From an uncultured Planctomycetota bacterium (GTDB lineage Bacteria > Planctomycetota > Planctomycetia > Isosphaerales > Isosphaeraceae): a stretch of 64,000 bases of DNA. Every line of letters starts with the position of its first letter. Within the stretch, counting starts at the first letter, position 1. Positions 9,857-19,478 of the stretch are shown piece after piece. The DNA is taken from assembly GCA_963823665.1 (NCBI GenBank), contig CAWGMQ010000008.1, positions 896,001 through 960,000 on the forward strand. The letters are read 5' to 3'. Under the pieces are notes generated by a model. That model ran no database searches, was not told the DNA's origin, and saw nothing but the letters and a program-made list of their open reading frames with translations. The position numbers and the translations under genes are program-made.

Positions 9857-10135
9857 GCCTTCCTGCCAGCTTAGAGTCCGGGGGAGCGAACCCTGCTCTC
9901 AACTGACGACACGGCAAAGCCGCCAGGGCGACTGAGTCGTCTTGCGCGACGGGCAGGCCTACCTGGCTTTCGGTTTTGGTCTCAGCCTCTCTACCTACGG
10001 CGGAACTTTGCATTGTATTGCACTCGGTGCGTGAATCTCACCGCTGTTCTCAGAATGGGTGGAGATCGACAAGGAGGCAGGAAAGCAAAGGGAGCCGCCC
10101 ATCGCGCCAGCATCGCGCGTTCGCAGACTCTGCCC
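9857..10135 (-). ncRNA. Candidate ~280-nt structured non-coding RNA with long-range pseudoknot (unassigned family)
   Basis: Nested helices 10131-10119/9891-9873, 10111-10105/9908-9902 and 10100-10093/9933-9926, plus a crossing 11-bp helix 10086-10076/9867-9857. All non-WC pairs in these helices are G-U only on the minus strand. GCAA tetraloop hairpin at 9936-9950. No credible ORF. Confidence 0.55.
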
Positions 10136-10170
10136 TATGTATATATGCGACCGGTTTCAGCGATCGGCAA
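10136..10170 (-). promoter_or_regulatory. Possible sigma70-like promoter for the candidate RNA
   Basis: Minus-strand TTGCCG (10170-10165), then AT-rich CATATATACAT (10147-10137) just before the predicted 5' helix. Spacing is approximate. Confidence 0.35.
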
Positions 10171-10615
10171 GAAAAGCGTCCAAAAAAAGTGCAATCACTC
10201 GATCGACACGGCTGCAACGTCAGGAGCTACGGCTTTGCCCTATTTCTTTGTTAATTGTGAACACGCGGTCGAATCAAAACGAACACGCGGTCGTCCGATC
10301 GGTCGTCGAGGGCGCGCTGAAAGACAAGAAGCTCACCCCAGAGAACGTGCAGCAGCTCAGTAGTGCGCTACCCAACTTTGAACCAGGTCCGAATTGTGTT
10401 ACTAATCGTTGCAGCTTTTGTTCTCCGACATCCGTTCACTGGTTTAAATCGCTGACTCGGCGTGGCGGCCACTGCCCGCGGTCCGTCTCGACTCTCCGTC
10501 ACCCCACTCCCAAACCGCGCTCCCTATGGAGGTCCGGCGTTCAGCCTGGCGCCCCCCACCCAAAAAGCCCGCTCCACGGTCGCGGACCGTGCCGCCCAGA
10601 GCACGAGGTCACAAT

Positions 10616-11225
10616 CCACGAATCAAGCGGTGTGCATCGGGCTTCAACGTCAAGTGTTTGGCAGTGCATGTTTCACGTCTGGCGAGCTCCTCGCCGGCCA
10701 CGATCGTCCGCCCAATGTCGAACAACGTCTTTCTCACCACACGCCACCATTGGGTCCGTTCGCGAATTCCGGCCACGTTGTCAAGTCCCGGTTCGTTGTT
10801 GTTTCGTGATCGAATCTCCTCTCTCAAAACAAGTTATGCATTTCCAGCCACATGAGCGAATTGGGTTCGTTCGTCACTTCTCTGTCGTTCCATCACCGTC
10901 GGAGCCTCACAGCCACCGCCGATTTTCATCAGCCACGGTCGGTTGCGCACCCGCCTGCGACGCGCCGCATCGATGGCACTCTTGGCCCGTCGTTTTCAAA
11001 CACTCGTGCACCAGTGTAAACCGCCCGCTTAAAGTGGCAGCGAGGGCCTTTCGTCGCCGAACCCCCGAGCCCCTTCCCGTGTAGGTCAGACTTTCAGCCT
11101 GACGATTTCTACCCAAATCCTCGCATCCTGGTTCGCGAACGATGCTCCCCCAGCGCGATCTGAAAACCCACGAATCAAGCCGTGTGCACCAGGCGTCAGC
11201 TTCAATTCTTTGGCGATGCATGTTT
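10616..11225. repeat. Second direct repeat pair, ~58 bp (10616-10673 and 11168-11225)
   Basis: ccacgaatcaagc.gtgtgca...gc.tca.c.tcaa.t.tttggc..tgcatgttt is present twice. Confidence 0.8.
10693..10880. repeat. ~190-bp intergenic direct repeat, copy 2
   Basis: Near-identical to 8821-9010. Confidence 0.9.
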
Positions 11226-11464
11226 GCCTCTTGGGTCTCCCACCGGCCAACAACTCCTCGCCCCAGCACCGCGCTGAGCCTCTACCCAAGATGATCTACA
11301 AACCAGCCGGTTATTTTGCGCCCGTTCCTGGAATTCTCGGCCGAATGACTCACACCCGTTCCGATCGTAACGGTCGAGCGTGTCCTGACCACCCATTCCG
11401 ACGAAGTGTGCGCACAGCGATCGGCGAGGGCCTCGAACAACGTCACGTGGTGGAGGCGGCATCC

Positions 11465-12238
11465 TCACGTGCAGCCGAATTCCGTCGTGAACTTACGGGT
11501 AACTTCGCCCAACCTCGTGTCGAGCACCTCGTAGACCCGGCTCGTAATCACCTCGGGCACTCCCCCGAAAAACGCCTGCGCAATACCCCCCGCCATGCAG
11601 GCCAACGTGTCGCTGTCTCCACCCAGAGAAATCGCCTTCCGCACAGCATCCTCGAAGTTGTCCGCCTCCAGAAACGCCCTGATCGCCTGCGGAACCGACT
11701 TCTGGCAAGAGACAAGAAACTCGTACGTCGGGCGAATCTCATCCAGCGGTGTGTCCAGGTCGTAGCCGAATGTCCGCTCCACGTAATTCTTGATCTCCTC
11801 CTTGCCCTGCCCGGTGCGTGCGAGAAAGACTGCCGAGGCGACCGCCTGCGCCCCCTTGATCCCTTCGGGATGGTCGTGCGTTACCTCGGCACTTCGCTCC
11901 GCCCGTGACATCACGTCTTCCAAGGTGGTGCAGGCAAACCCGACGGGGCTGACCCGCATCGCCGAGCCGTTGCCCCAACTGTTGTAGGGGCGGGAGTCGT
12001 CCGACTGCGCCCATTTGTGGAATGATCCGCCGTAGCCAGCGCGCGGGTAAGCTCGGTAGTACTGTTTCAAAAGCCCGACGAACGGGGTACCGTGCATCAG
12101 GCTGTCAGCCAAGGCGACCGTGAGCACCGTGTCGTCGGTGAACCGGCACCGCGGGTGGAACAGCGGGAACTTGGTTGTCTTGATCGGCCGAGCCTCGTAA
12201 ACCGAGCCGATGATGTCTCCGGCGATCGCTCCGAGCAC
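11465..12238 (-). CDS. ADP-ribosylglycohydrolase family protein
   Basis: GAIAGDIIGS.YE, FTDDTV, SWGNGSAMRVSP, THDHPEG, GGDSDT. Confidence 0.93.
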   Translation of the reverse strand: MLGAIAGDIIGSVYEARPIKTTKFPLFHPRCRFTDDTVLTVALADSLMHGTPFVGLLKQYYRAYPRAGYGGSFHKWAQSDDSRPYNSWGNGSAMRVSPVGFACTTLEDVMSRAERSAEVTHDHPEGIKGAQAVASAVFLARTGQGKEEIKNYVERTFGYDLDTPLDEIRPTYEFLVSCQKSVPQAIRAFLEADNFEDAVRKAISLGGDSDTLACMAGGIAQAFFGGVPEVITSRVYEVLDTRLGEVTRKFTTEFGCT

Positions 12239-12350
12239 GGTGGCTTTTTCCTCGCTCTCATCAGACCTGAAGGTCGTTCGCTCAGTAAGATTATATCAGT
12301 GTCGCGTGTTCGGAACGGACGTGAGGTCGGGTCAGCGAGGGCGCCACCGC

Positions 12351-12788
12351 ATGAAAGAGATTCACACCGAGATCGAGATCAATGCTCCCGCCGAGACGGT
12401 CTGGCGAGTGCTGACCGATTTCTCCGCTTACCCCGAATGGAATCCGTTCGTGCGCCGCGTGGAGGGCGAGGTCACTGTCCGTTCCCGCCTTCAAGTCTAC
12501 GTCCAGCCCGCAGGCGGCAAGGGAATGTCATTCCGCCCCACCGTCCTGGTTGCTGAGCCGAACGGGGAACTTCGATGGCTGGGTCGTCTCTGGTTGCCTG
12601 GACTGTTCGACGGTGAGCATTCCTTCGTCATCGAACCGCAAGCTGAGCGGCGTGTGCGGTTCGTCCAGCGGGAACGATTCAACGGCCTGCTCGTGCCGTT
12701 TCTGTCGAAAATGCTCGATGGTGGTACCCGTCGCGGCTTCGAGGACATGAATCAGGCGCTGAAAATGCGTGCGGAATCGGATCCCTGA
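12351..12788 (+). CDS. SRPBCC (polyketide cyclase/dehydrase-like) protein
   Basis: TEIEINAPAETVWRVLTDFSAYPEWNPF...GLFDGEHSF...FEDMNQALK. Confidence 0.88.
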   Translation: MKEIHTEIEINAPAETVWRVLTDFSAYPEWNPFVRRVEGEVTVRSRLQVYVQPAGGKGMSFRPTVLVAEPNGELRWLGRLWLPGLFDGEHSFVIEPQAERRVRFVQRERFNGLLVPFLSKMLDGGTRRGFEDMNQALKMRAESDP

Positions 12789-12880
12789 ATAACGTGCCCT
12801 TGCCTCGAGGCGCCCGCAGCGCCCGAGGCCGAAGGCGATCGAACCGCCACGAGCATGCGAAAACGACCCCGCCCACCTTT

Positions 12881-12911
12881 CCCCCCCTTGCAAAGGGGGG
12901 GCCAGGGGGGG
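12881..12911. repeat. Palindromic intergenic element CCCCCCTT-N-AAGGGGGG-CCAGGGGGGG
   Basis: The same element recurs at 28996-29027 and in degenerate form at 28903-28929. Confidence 0.75.
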
Positions 12912-13001
12912 TGAAGGGCGTCACCCGCCAGTGATCCGAACGCCGCGCCACGAGCAAGCGACGACTGAACAACCGCGGCGATTCATACTGCCAGTTTTGA
13001 C

Positions 13002-13020
13002 AAAGGTGTCAGGAACCTTT
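13002..13020. repeat. Short palindromic element AAAGGTGTCAGGAACCTTT
   Basis: AAAGGT/ACCTTT inverted ends, between convergent genes. Resembles a short repeat I recall as common in planctomycetes. Confidence 0.5.
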
Positions 13021-13031
13021 CTTCTGTCACC

Positions 13032-16000
13032 TTACTGTCGCGCTTGCAGTTTCAAGTTCAGGTCGCTGGCATCAGGCGTGATCTTTTGCGCCCACTCCCC
13101 GCTTTCTGCCTGGGCCCGCAGCCAGATTTCCTTATTCGGTACCTTTTGCAGCCGAAAGCGACCTTGAGCATCGGTGTTCGTCACGATGCGCCCTAAGTCG
13201 TGGACCGAGACGGTAGCGTCTGAAACCGGACGCCCTTGCTCATCCACAACACGGCCGGACAGTTCTCCAGTTGCGGGCAACAAGCGAAGTGTGGGCAATT
13301 CGATATCGTCTGGTTTGTCGGTTGCCACACGATCGGACCAGACTCCAGAGTAACCGGGTTTGTTGATGTAGACCGCCACGCGACTGTTCCGCAGGATGCC
13401 CACGATTTCGAACTTTCCGTCGACGTCGGTCAGTGGCAATTTCTCGCGCGAGTCGAAATAGCGCCACGGTTCGTCCCTGGCCTGATCGTTCAACGAGGTT
13501 GACAAACCGATCTTCGCATCAGCCACCGGCCGACCGGCATCGTCGACCACGCTGCCACGTAACGTAACCGCGGCTGCAGGTTCGAGGTCGACCACGATCG
13601 CCGGCGGCCCCTTCTGATTGAGCACCAGCGACCGGCTTGGACCGCGCGTACCCGTCCGCCGCGATGACGACGGCGAAGTGCTTGCCCTTATTGCGGCGAA
13701 CCATCCGAGCGAAGCCAATGTTGTGCGTGTTGCCTTTTCGTTCAGGCATTGTCATGAATAAATCACCATTCTCCACGCCGAGGAATATCGTCGCTCGCGG
13801 TACTTCCTTGCCGTCGCGCGGCCGCAACGTCACGGTCACTTGATAGTCGTTTTCGTCCTGAGCGCTGATGCGGTTGACATAAATCTCGTTGTCGAGTCGC
13901 CCCGCACTAGCCTGTTGCATGTCACGCGGAAATCCCGCCGGTTCGATGGTCAGGGAAACAGATCCCGTCGGTAGGCCGGCCAGGCGAAACTTGCCTTCGA
14001 CATCCGTCGTCGTCTCGACTCGCGGTTCGCCTGTGTGGATCACCTTGGCATTCTCTACGGCGAACCCTTCATAGTCACGCACGACACCGCCCACTTCCTG
14101 ATCGGGCGGCCCAACCCGGATGTCGGGAAGAATTCGAGGTTCTTTGCCTTCGAGGGACATCCAGTCGCTCTCTGCCCCACCGGTCCCCGGCTTGTCGATG
14201 CGGACCCGAATCCGGTCCCCCATTCGAGCCTGCTTGATTTCGAAAGCGCCCGTCGTTTCCAGTCGTATACTCGAGCCCCCATGGAAACGTCTGCTGGCTC
14301 CCATAAATCACGCGCGCGATGCGCACGCGCGCACCCTCAACGGCCTTTCCTGCCTGATCGACTACCTTTCCACGCACGGGCGCGGGCACTTCGGGGACCA
14401 GTTCGACAGCGAGGTTCGGCATCCGCTCACGAACCACGAATTCAGCCGAGCGGGCTGTTGCATACCCATCGGAATCAATCAACAGAAACGTCGTGAGACC
14501 ATCGTCATCGCGAGGGAACTGAATCTCATGTCCGGTAGCGGAGAGGGCGATCCATTGTGAGGTACGCTGGCTGCCTTTGTGGACGACGCGTGCTTCGACA
14601 CGGTTGACCTTCCTTCCGGCAGGGGTTTGCAACGTGACGTGCAGCCTGTAGGGCCGGTGTGCGTCAGGCGCTGGAATGTTGACGGTTCGCGCGGGTTTTT
14701 CGGTTTCGGCAGTCGCCACCGCTTTGTCGCGTCGCCCTCTGGCATCCCTCACTCCCGCTTGCAACACGACATCGACGACGTCTCGGTCTGCCGGGACCTC
14801 TAACGTACGACTTGACTCGGTATGCTGCCTTCGATCTCCTTCCGCGACATAGATCTTGCTCACACCGGGCGGGACGTGGAATTCGAATGTGCCATCGGCC
14901 TTCGTTCGCACCATCATGCAGGCGGCCCCGGAACTGGGGCGTGCCGGTCCATAATAACCCACGGAGATCTTCGCGAGCGGCTTGCCGGTATCGCTGTCCA
15001 AGACCTTGCCGCTGAGCCGGCGCCCCGTGCTCGCGTGGAAATCGGCCTGGGCGGGCCGCGCCACGGAGACGTCGACTCCCTCGACCGCCGGGGCCGTCAA
15101 CAATGGCTGCTCTTCACTTGTTGGCACACTGCCGCCGAACAGGACATTGAACCGTCCCGGCGAAAGTCCGCCAATCACGTATTGTCCCTCGCGATCGGTC
15201 ATGGCCGAGCCAAACGAGACGAAGCCGTGCACGACTTGGCTGGAGTCCTGTGCTTGAGCAAAGACTCGTTGGCTCTCTAGGGGCTTGCCAGTTGCGGTGT
15301 CTACCACGCGCCCCTGGATGCGCCCCGCTCGCGCCAGCGTTATTCGGCCCAAATCTCTTGTGTCGGGTTTGATCGTGATCCGTCTGCGCTGCCAATCGAG
15401 ATCTTGCGGCGCCAGAGCAGGATGGGCCCCGGCCGGCAACCGAATGACGAAAGTGCCGTTCCGATCGGTCGTCGCCGACCCAAGATCTTCCTCGCCGACG
15501 CCGTGACGATTGACTCCCTGATTCGCCGTCTGCGTCAACCAATCGACGGCCACACGAATTCCGCTCTGCGGATTCCCGTCCGGATCGACCAGCGTTCCTC
15601 GAACCGTCACAGAGTCGCCGGACGCGGTCGCCGTTGTCTGCTGCGCGGCTGACGTTTTTACGTCAGCGCGTTGGGCTCGAATCAGTATCGGCGCGAGCGG
15701 AATAAAGAGAATGGCCACCAAGCACACCACAAACTTCATTCGACGCGAAACGCGAACGTCGAAGGCGGCGAGCATGATCTTCCTCAATCTTTCTTCGATG
15801 GAGCCCTTGGTACCGACGCCGGTGGCTAATGATGGGAGATCGTCGGATGAAAGAAATGCCACGGTTTTCACGAGCATTTCCGCGTAGGCGCGGCGATCGG
15901 TCGGTCGCTGCGAAACAACACAGGCATCACAGGCCAGCTCTTCGGCCAGTCGGATTTCTCGACGGAGCAGCCACGCGATCGGATGCCACCAGTAGAGACC

Positions 16001-16764
16001 TAGCGAAACCAGTTCCAACCAACGAATCCAATGGTCGCCGCGACGATAGTGAACCAGCTCATGCAGCAGCAATGTTTCGCGCGCCGGCCCGTCCAAGTCG
16101 CTGAAGAGTTCGCTCGGCACAACGATCCGCACCGGTCCGACGAATGCCCAGAGCATGGGCGACACTCGACCGGGCACCTGCCAGACTCGCGGACAACGCC
16201 GTAAGCCCAGTCGTTCAGCCAAGAGCGCCGTCGTCTGTTGGACGTCCGCTGACGCCTCCTCCGCGAATCGCAAGCAACGCTGCAAGCGACTGATCCGCCA
16301 CAATGATAGCCCCCACAAGAGCACAGTTCCAGCGCCCCAGACAATCACGACAAGCAGCAGTGGGCTGACACTGCCCGTAACCGCGCGACGCCAACCGTCT
16401 GGTCGTGCGTCGCTATCCGACAATTGGCCCGGGACCGGCTGATCGAGGAAGCCTTCGAGGTTGAACTGGGTTATAGTGGCTGCGTTTTGATTTGGCGGCT
16501 CAGGTTGCTGATCGGACGTCACACCAGGATTCGTGTGGCGAGAAACGGTCGTATCCGCGGAGATCCCGGCGGCCGGCTCGACAGCCGGCAGCAATGCCCA
16601 TTGCGGGCCCAGAGCGGTGGCGTCAGCAGTTTCAAGAGCACGAGAATCCACAGCCAATGCAAGACCACGGGATTATGAATTCGCGACTTGCACGCGGCGA
16701 CAATAGCAAACATTCCTGTCACGAGCACCGCATTGGTCAGAGCAATGATGAGAACAGCATTCAT
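13032..16764 (-). CDS. BlaR1/MecR1-type M56 metallopeptidase with multiple carboxypeptidase-regulatory-like (Ig) repeats; three frameshifts (~16610, ~14260, ~13625)
   Basis: HWLWILVLLKLLTPP N-terminus, LLHELVHYRRGDHW (HExxH), EELACD, repeated GRVVD/GKVVD Ig units, spread over ORFs 16519-16764, 14075-16657, 13519-14304 and 13032-13718. Confidence 0.85.
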
Positions 16765-17180
16765 TTGCGTCTCCCGCGCGGCTTGGGTTCCTTGCCTTCA
16801 TCGGCGGCCAATTCGTTGATCAAATCCAAGAGCGCGGCTTGCTGCTTCTTGTTCAATCGCTCGTGCTGCGCAAGCTGCGTCAAGAGAGGCGTGACCGAGC
16901 CGTCGCACAGGCGTTCCGCGAGAACCCGTAATCTCTGGCCGACGAGTTCATCTCGGTCCACGGTCGCGTCGTAGAGATAGGCGATCCCTTTTGGCTCGCG
17001 GCGCACGAATCCTTTCGCTTCGAGCCGCTCGAGTAGTTTCTTGACGGTCGCGTAATACACATCCTGATTTGGAGCATCGAGAATCGCCGCCACTTCACGT
17101 ATGGTTCGAGACCCGTGGTTCCAGAGCACCTGCAGAACTCCCAGTTCGGCGTCCGTGACATCACGTGTTTTCTTTGTCAT
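16761..17180 (-). CDS. BlaI/MecI/CopY family transcriptional repressor
   Basis: VTDAELGVLQVLW...TIREV...YATVKKLLERLEAKGFV; overlaps the start of the M56 gene. Confidence 0.92.
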   Translation of the reverse strand: MTKKTRDVTDAELGVLQVLWNHGSRTIREVAAILDAPNQDVYYATVKKLLERLEAKGFVRREPKGIAYLYDATVDRDELVGQRLRVLAERLCDGSVTPLLTQLAQHERLNKKQQAALLDLINELAADEGKEPKPRGRRK

Positions 17181-17212
17181 AACCGTCACTCGCCCTTCCC
17201 CACTTCACTGTC

Positions 17213-17261
17213 GGACAAGTTGTCTCAGGAACAGCATAGGACAAGTTGTCTCAGGTGTCAA
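17213..17261 (-). promoter_or_regulatory. sigma70 promoter of the blaI-M56 operon with two palindromic operators
   Basis: Minus strand TTGACA (17261-17256), 17-nt spacer, TATGCT (17238-17233). The 17-bp repeat GGACAAGTTGTCTCAGG occurs at 17213-17229 and 17239-17255, each containing the palindrome GACAA-G-TTGTC. Confidence 0.85.
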
Positions 17262-17408
17262 TCTCTGTGTGGGAAACGGGGCCACACAGAGCAGCCGGCG
17301 TCGGCTAGGGCGTCGTGAGCTCTGGGAAGTCCCGCCGCCCAATTGCTGGCGGCGGGTGATGCCGGCTTGATCCGCACGATCGACTGCCGCGCGGGTTTTA
17401 CCGGAGCA

Positions 17409-17437
17409 TTGCTATCGTACCGACCACCGGCTAACAT
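17409..17437 (+). promoter_or_regulatory. Putative sigma70 promoter upstream of leader ORF 1
   Basis: TTGCTA-N17-TAACAT. Confidence 0.5.
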
Positions 17438-17459
17438 CGTGGACGTAGGTCTGACATGC

Positions 17460-17927
17460 ATGTCGCGCGGCGGATCGCCGTCTGCTCTCGAAATGATAAG
17501 TCTAGTTCATTCGAAACGATGGCTTCCGTCATCCGCCGGCGCGATGGTCGCGTCGCTGGCGTGGATGGTGCTCGCGCCCGCCGGTGTGGAGGCGGGCTGC
17601 TCGCACCGGGTGACTTTACGAGAGCAGGCGCGGCTCGATTCGATGCTGCTCGGAACGGCTCTTGGTCAGCTTGACACCGCCGCCGCGGCGCCCAAACAGC
17701 GGTCTCCAGGCCCTTGCCGCGGAGCGTGGTGCGACCAGCGTCCCAGCACGCCGGCGGTCCCGAGCGGATCCGTGCACACTCACGATGAATCGTGGGCGTT
17801 CCCTATCACCGTAGCGGAAGTGGACCCAAGAACCACGTCCGGACTGCTCGAGCGAGCAGCCAGTCTTTACACGGCGCACCTCTGCACACCGATATTTCGT
17901 CCGCCACGTACATCTGCGCGTCCGTGA
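17460..17927 (+). CDS. Small exported Cys-motif protein ending IFRPPR (putative regulatory leader, DUF2946-like)
   Basis: Signal peptide ending VEA-GC, then PCRGAWC and C-terminal IFRPPR; paralog of 19044-19478. Start uncertain. Confidence 0.7.
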   Translation: MSRGGSPSALEMISLVHSKRWLPSSAGAMVASLAWMVLAPAGVEAGCSHRVTLREQARLDSMLLGTALGQLDTAAAAPKQRSPGPCRGAWCDQRPSTPAVPSGSVHTHDESWAFPITVAEVDPRTTSGLLERAASLYTAHLCTPIFRPPRTSARP

Positions 17928-18255
17928 AGTTTGCGCATCGCCCTCGCGGCGCCCCGAATTCGATCTGGACGAGCCGGCCAATCGCGGGCTGGGCTGTCCG
18001 TGGATTGCTGCGCCTTCCGAATCGCTCATGAACGGATTGCGACGAGATCGCGCGACTCGTTCTCCAGGCGGTTCTGAAGCCGCGGGTGACAGCGCTAGGC
18101 CGATTCTCTTTAGCCGCAATACCACGGCGGGGCGGGTCTTCCAGTCACACGCCAAGGCCGCCGCGCCGCGCCAGATGTTTTCAGCCATTCTCCGAAAGTG
18201 AGTGCCGGGTCCAGGAATAGGGATTCGACACGAACGTCGGGTTATAGGATAAAAT

Positions 18256-18852
18256 ATGATTGAACCCGAAAACGACTTTGCCGAACTCATGGCACGAGTG
18301 CGACTGGATGACGACCAGGCGCTCGCCACGCTCATCTCTATCTACGAACCCAAGATCCGACGCGCAGCCAAGCTCCTGCTCGGCAAGCCATTGCGCTCTT
18401 CGATCGATCCGACGGACCTGGTTCAAGCCGTGCATCTTCAATTGATCAGGTTGCTCAAGCAGCAGCGACTCATTATCGTCGGCCCGCAGCACCTGCGCGA
18501 GCTTGCAGCGACCGTGTTACGCCACAAGTTTATTCAGCATTGGCGGCGTCATCGTTGCGCAGCGCGCCATACCGCATCCCTTGCCGAAGCAGGTGGGCAC
18601 CCGGTCGAGCGGGCGAGAAAACTCGCCGCCGCGGTCGATCCGGCGCGGACTGCCGAATACAAGGACATGCTCGACCATCTGTACCGCCGGCTTCGCACCG
18701 AGGATCGCCGGCTCATCGTCATGCGGATCCAGGGATACAGCACCGAGGAGATCGCCGACGAGTTGGGGACGAGCGCCACCGTGCTGCGCATGCGCCTCAG
18801 CCGGCTCCGCGAGCGGTTGCGCAAAGAGAAATCGCTAATCGAATGGATTTGA
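18256..18852 (+). CDS. ECF-type RNA polymerase sigma factor
   Basis: F.ELMARVR..DDQALATL...YEPKIRRAA..LL, SIDPTDLVQ, region-4 HTH GYSTEEIADELG.S...RMRLSRLRERL. Confidence 0.88.
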   Translation: MIEPENDFAELMARVRLDDDQALATLISIYEPKIRRAAKLLLGKPLRSSIDPTDLVQAVHLQLIRLLKQQRLIIVGPQHLRELAATVLRHKFIQHWRRHRCAARHTASLAEAGGHPVERARKLAAAVDPARTAEYKDMLDHLYRRLRTEDRRLIVMRIQGYSTEEIADELGTSATVLRMRLSRLRERLRKEKSLIEWI

Positions 18853-18869
18853 ATTCACGCCATCTTAAT

Positions 18870-18900
18870 GTTACGAAATCGGCCACTCGAGCGTTTAGTA
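18870..18900 (+). promoter_or_regulatory. Possible ECF-type promoter upstream of leader ORF 2
   Basis: GTTAC-N17-CGTTTAG resembles the ECF -35 (AAC/TAC) and -10 (CGT) arrangement. Confidence 0.3.
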
Positions 18901-19043
18901 AGTAGAACACGAGCGATTCGCCCGGTGATCCAATCGCCGGGCCGGCATCGCCAGAGCCAAGATGTCGGCTCTGCCCAGACAGTTTCCGTTTACCTGGGCA
19001 AGGAAGCCTGAGAGTCAAGGAGACCGCTCGCGCCGTGCCTCTG

Positions 19044-19478
19044 ATGAGTCGGTTTTCACGATACTGGCGAAGGGCCCAGGCAGTCGCGCTCGCGGCGTTC
19101 GCTGTGATTTCGTGCGTCCTGCTCGCGCCTGCGGCCGCGCGCGCCGGCTGCTCTCCCAGGGTACATTCCCACTCCGACACGAGCCGGCTCGTCGCGGTGA
19201 TGGACCCAATGATCGGCGGTACCCCCGATGCAGCCGAAAGGCCGCCCGCTCTGCCACGGACGCCCTGTACGGGGCCATCGTGCTCGCGGCTGCCGGACGC
19301 GCCTCTCGTGCCCGCCGCCGTCTTCGATGAGCTGCCTGATTCTTGGGTCTGGCGCGCGCCGACGGCCAAATGGGACGTCGTCGGTCCGTGGTTGCACTCG
19401 TCCAGCAAAGACGCCCTCCTGCCGGTGCGGCGAGCGATCGCCATCTTCCACCCACCTCCCTTCCCAGCGCCGGTGTGA
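19044..19478 (+). CDS. Small exported Cys-motif protein ending IFHPPP (putative regulatory leader, DUF2946-like)
   Basis: Signal peptide ending ARA-GC, then PCTGPSC and C-terminal IFHPPPFP; paralog of 17460-17927. Confidence 0.72.
   Translation: MSRFSRYWRRAQAVALAAFAVISCVLLAPAAARAGCSPRVHSHSDTSRLVAVMDPMIGGTPDAAERPPALPRTPCTGPSCSRLPDAPLVPAAVFDELPDSWVWRAPTAKWDVVGPWLHSSSKDALLPVRRAIAIFHPPPFPAPV

Noticed and set aside
9857..10135. RNase P RNA, tmRNA, SRP RNA, c-di-GMP riboswitch or group II intron identity for the structured region
   Set aside because: It lacks GAGGAAAGUCC, a tRNA-like acceptor/CCA end, the SRP GGAA/AGCAG loop, the paired GGCAAA/GCAAA riboswitch layout and a domain V.
10059..11084. 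341-aa ORF and other ORFs across 9000-11460
   Set aside because: They run through non-coding repeats, have atypical composition and show no recognisable motifs.
13032..16764. M56 gene (and the TPR gene at 38271-40010) as pseudogenes
   Set aside because: Only isolated 1-2 nt indels, with no in-frame stops or decay once stitched. Consistent with assembly error.
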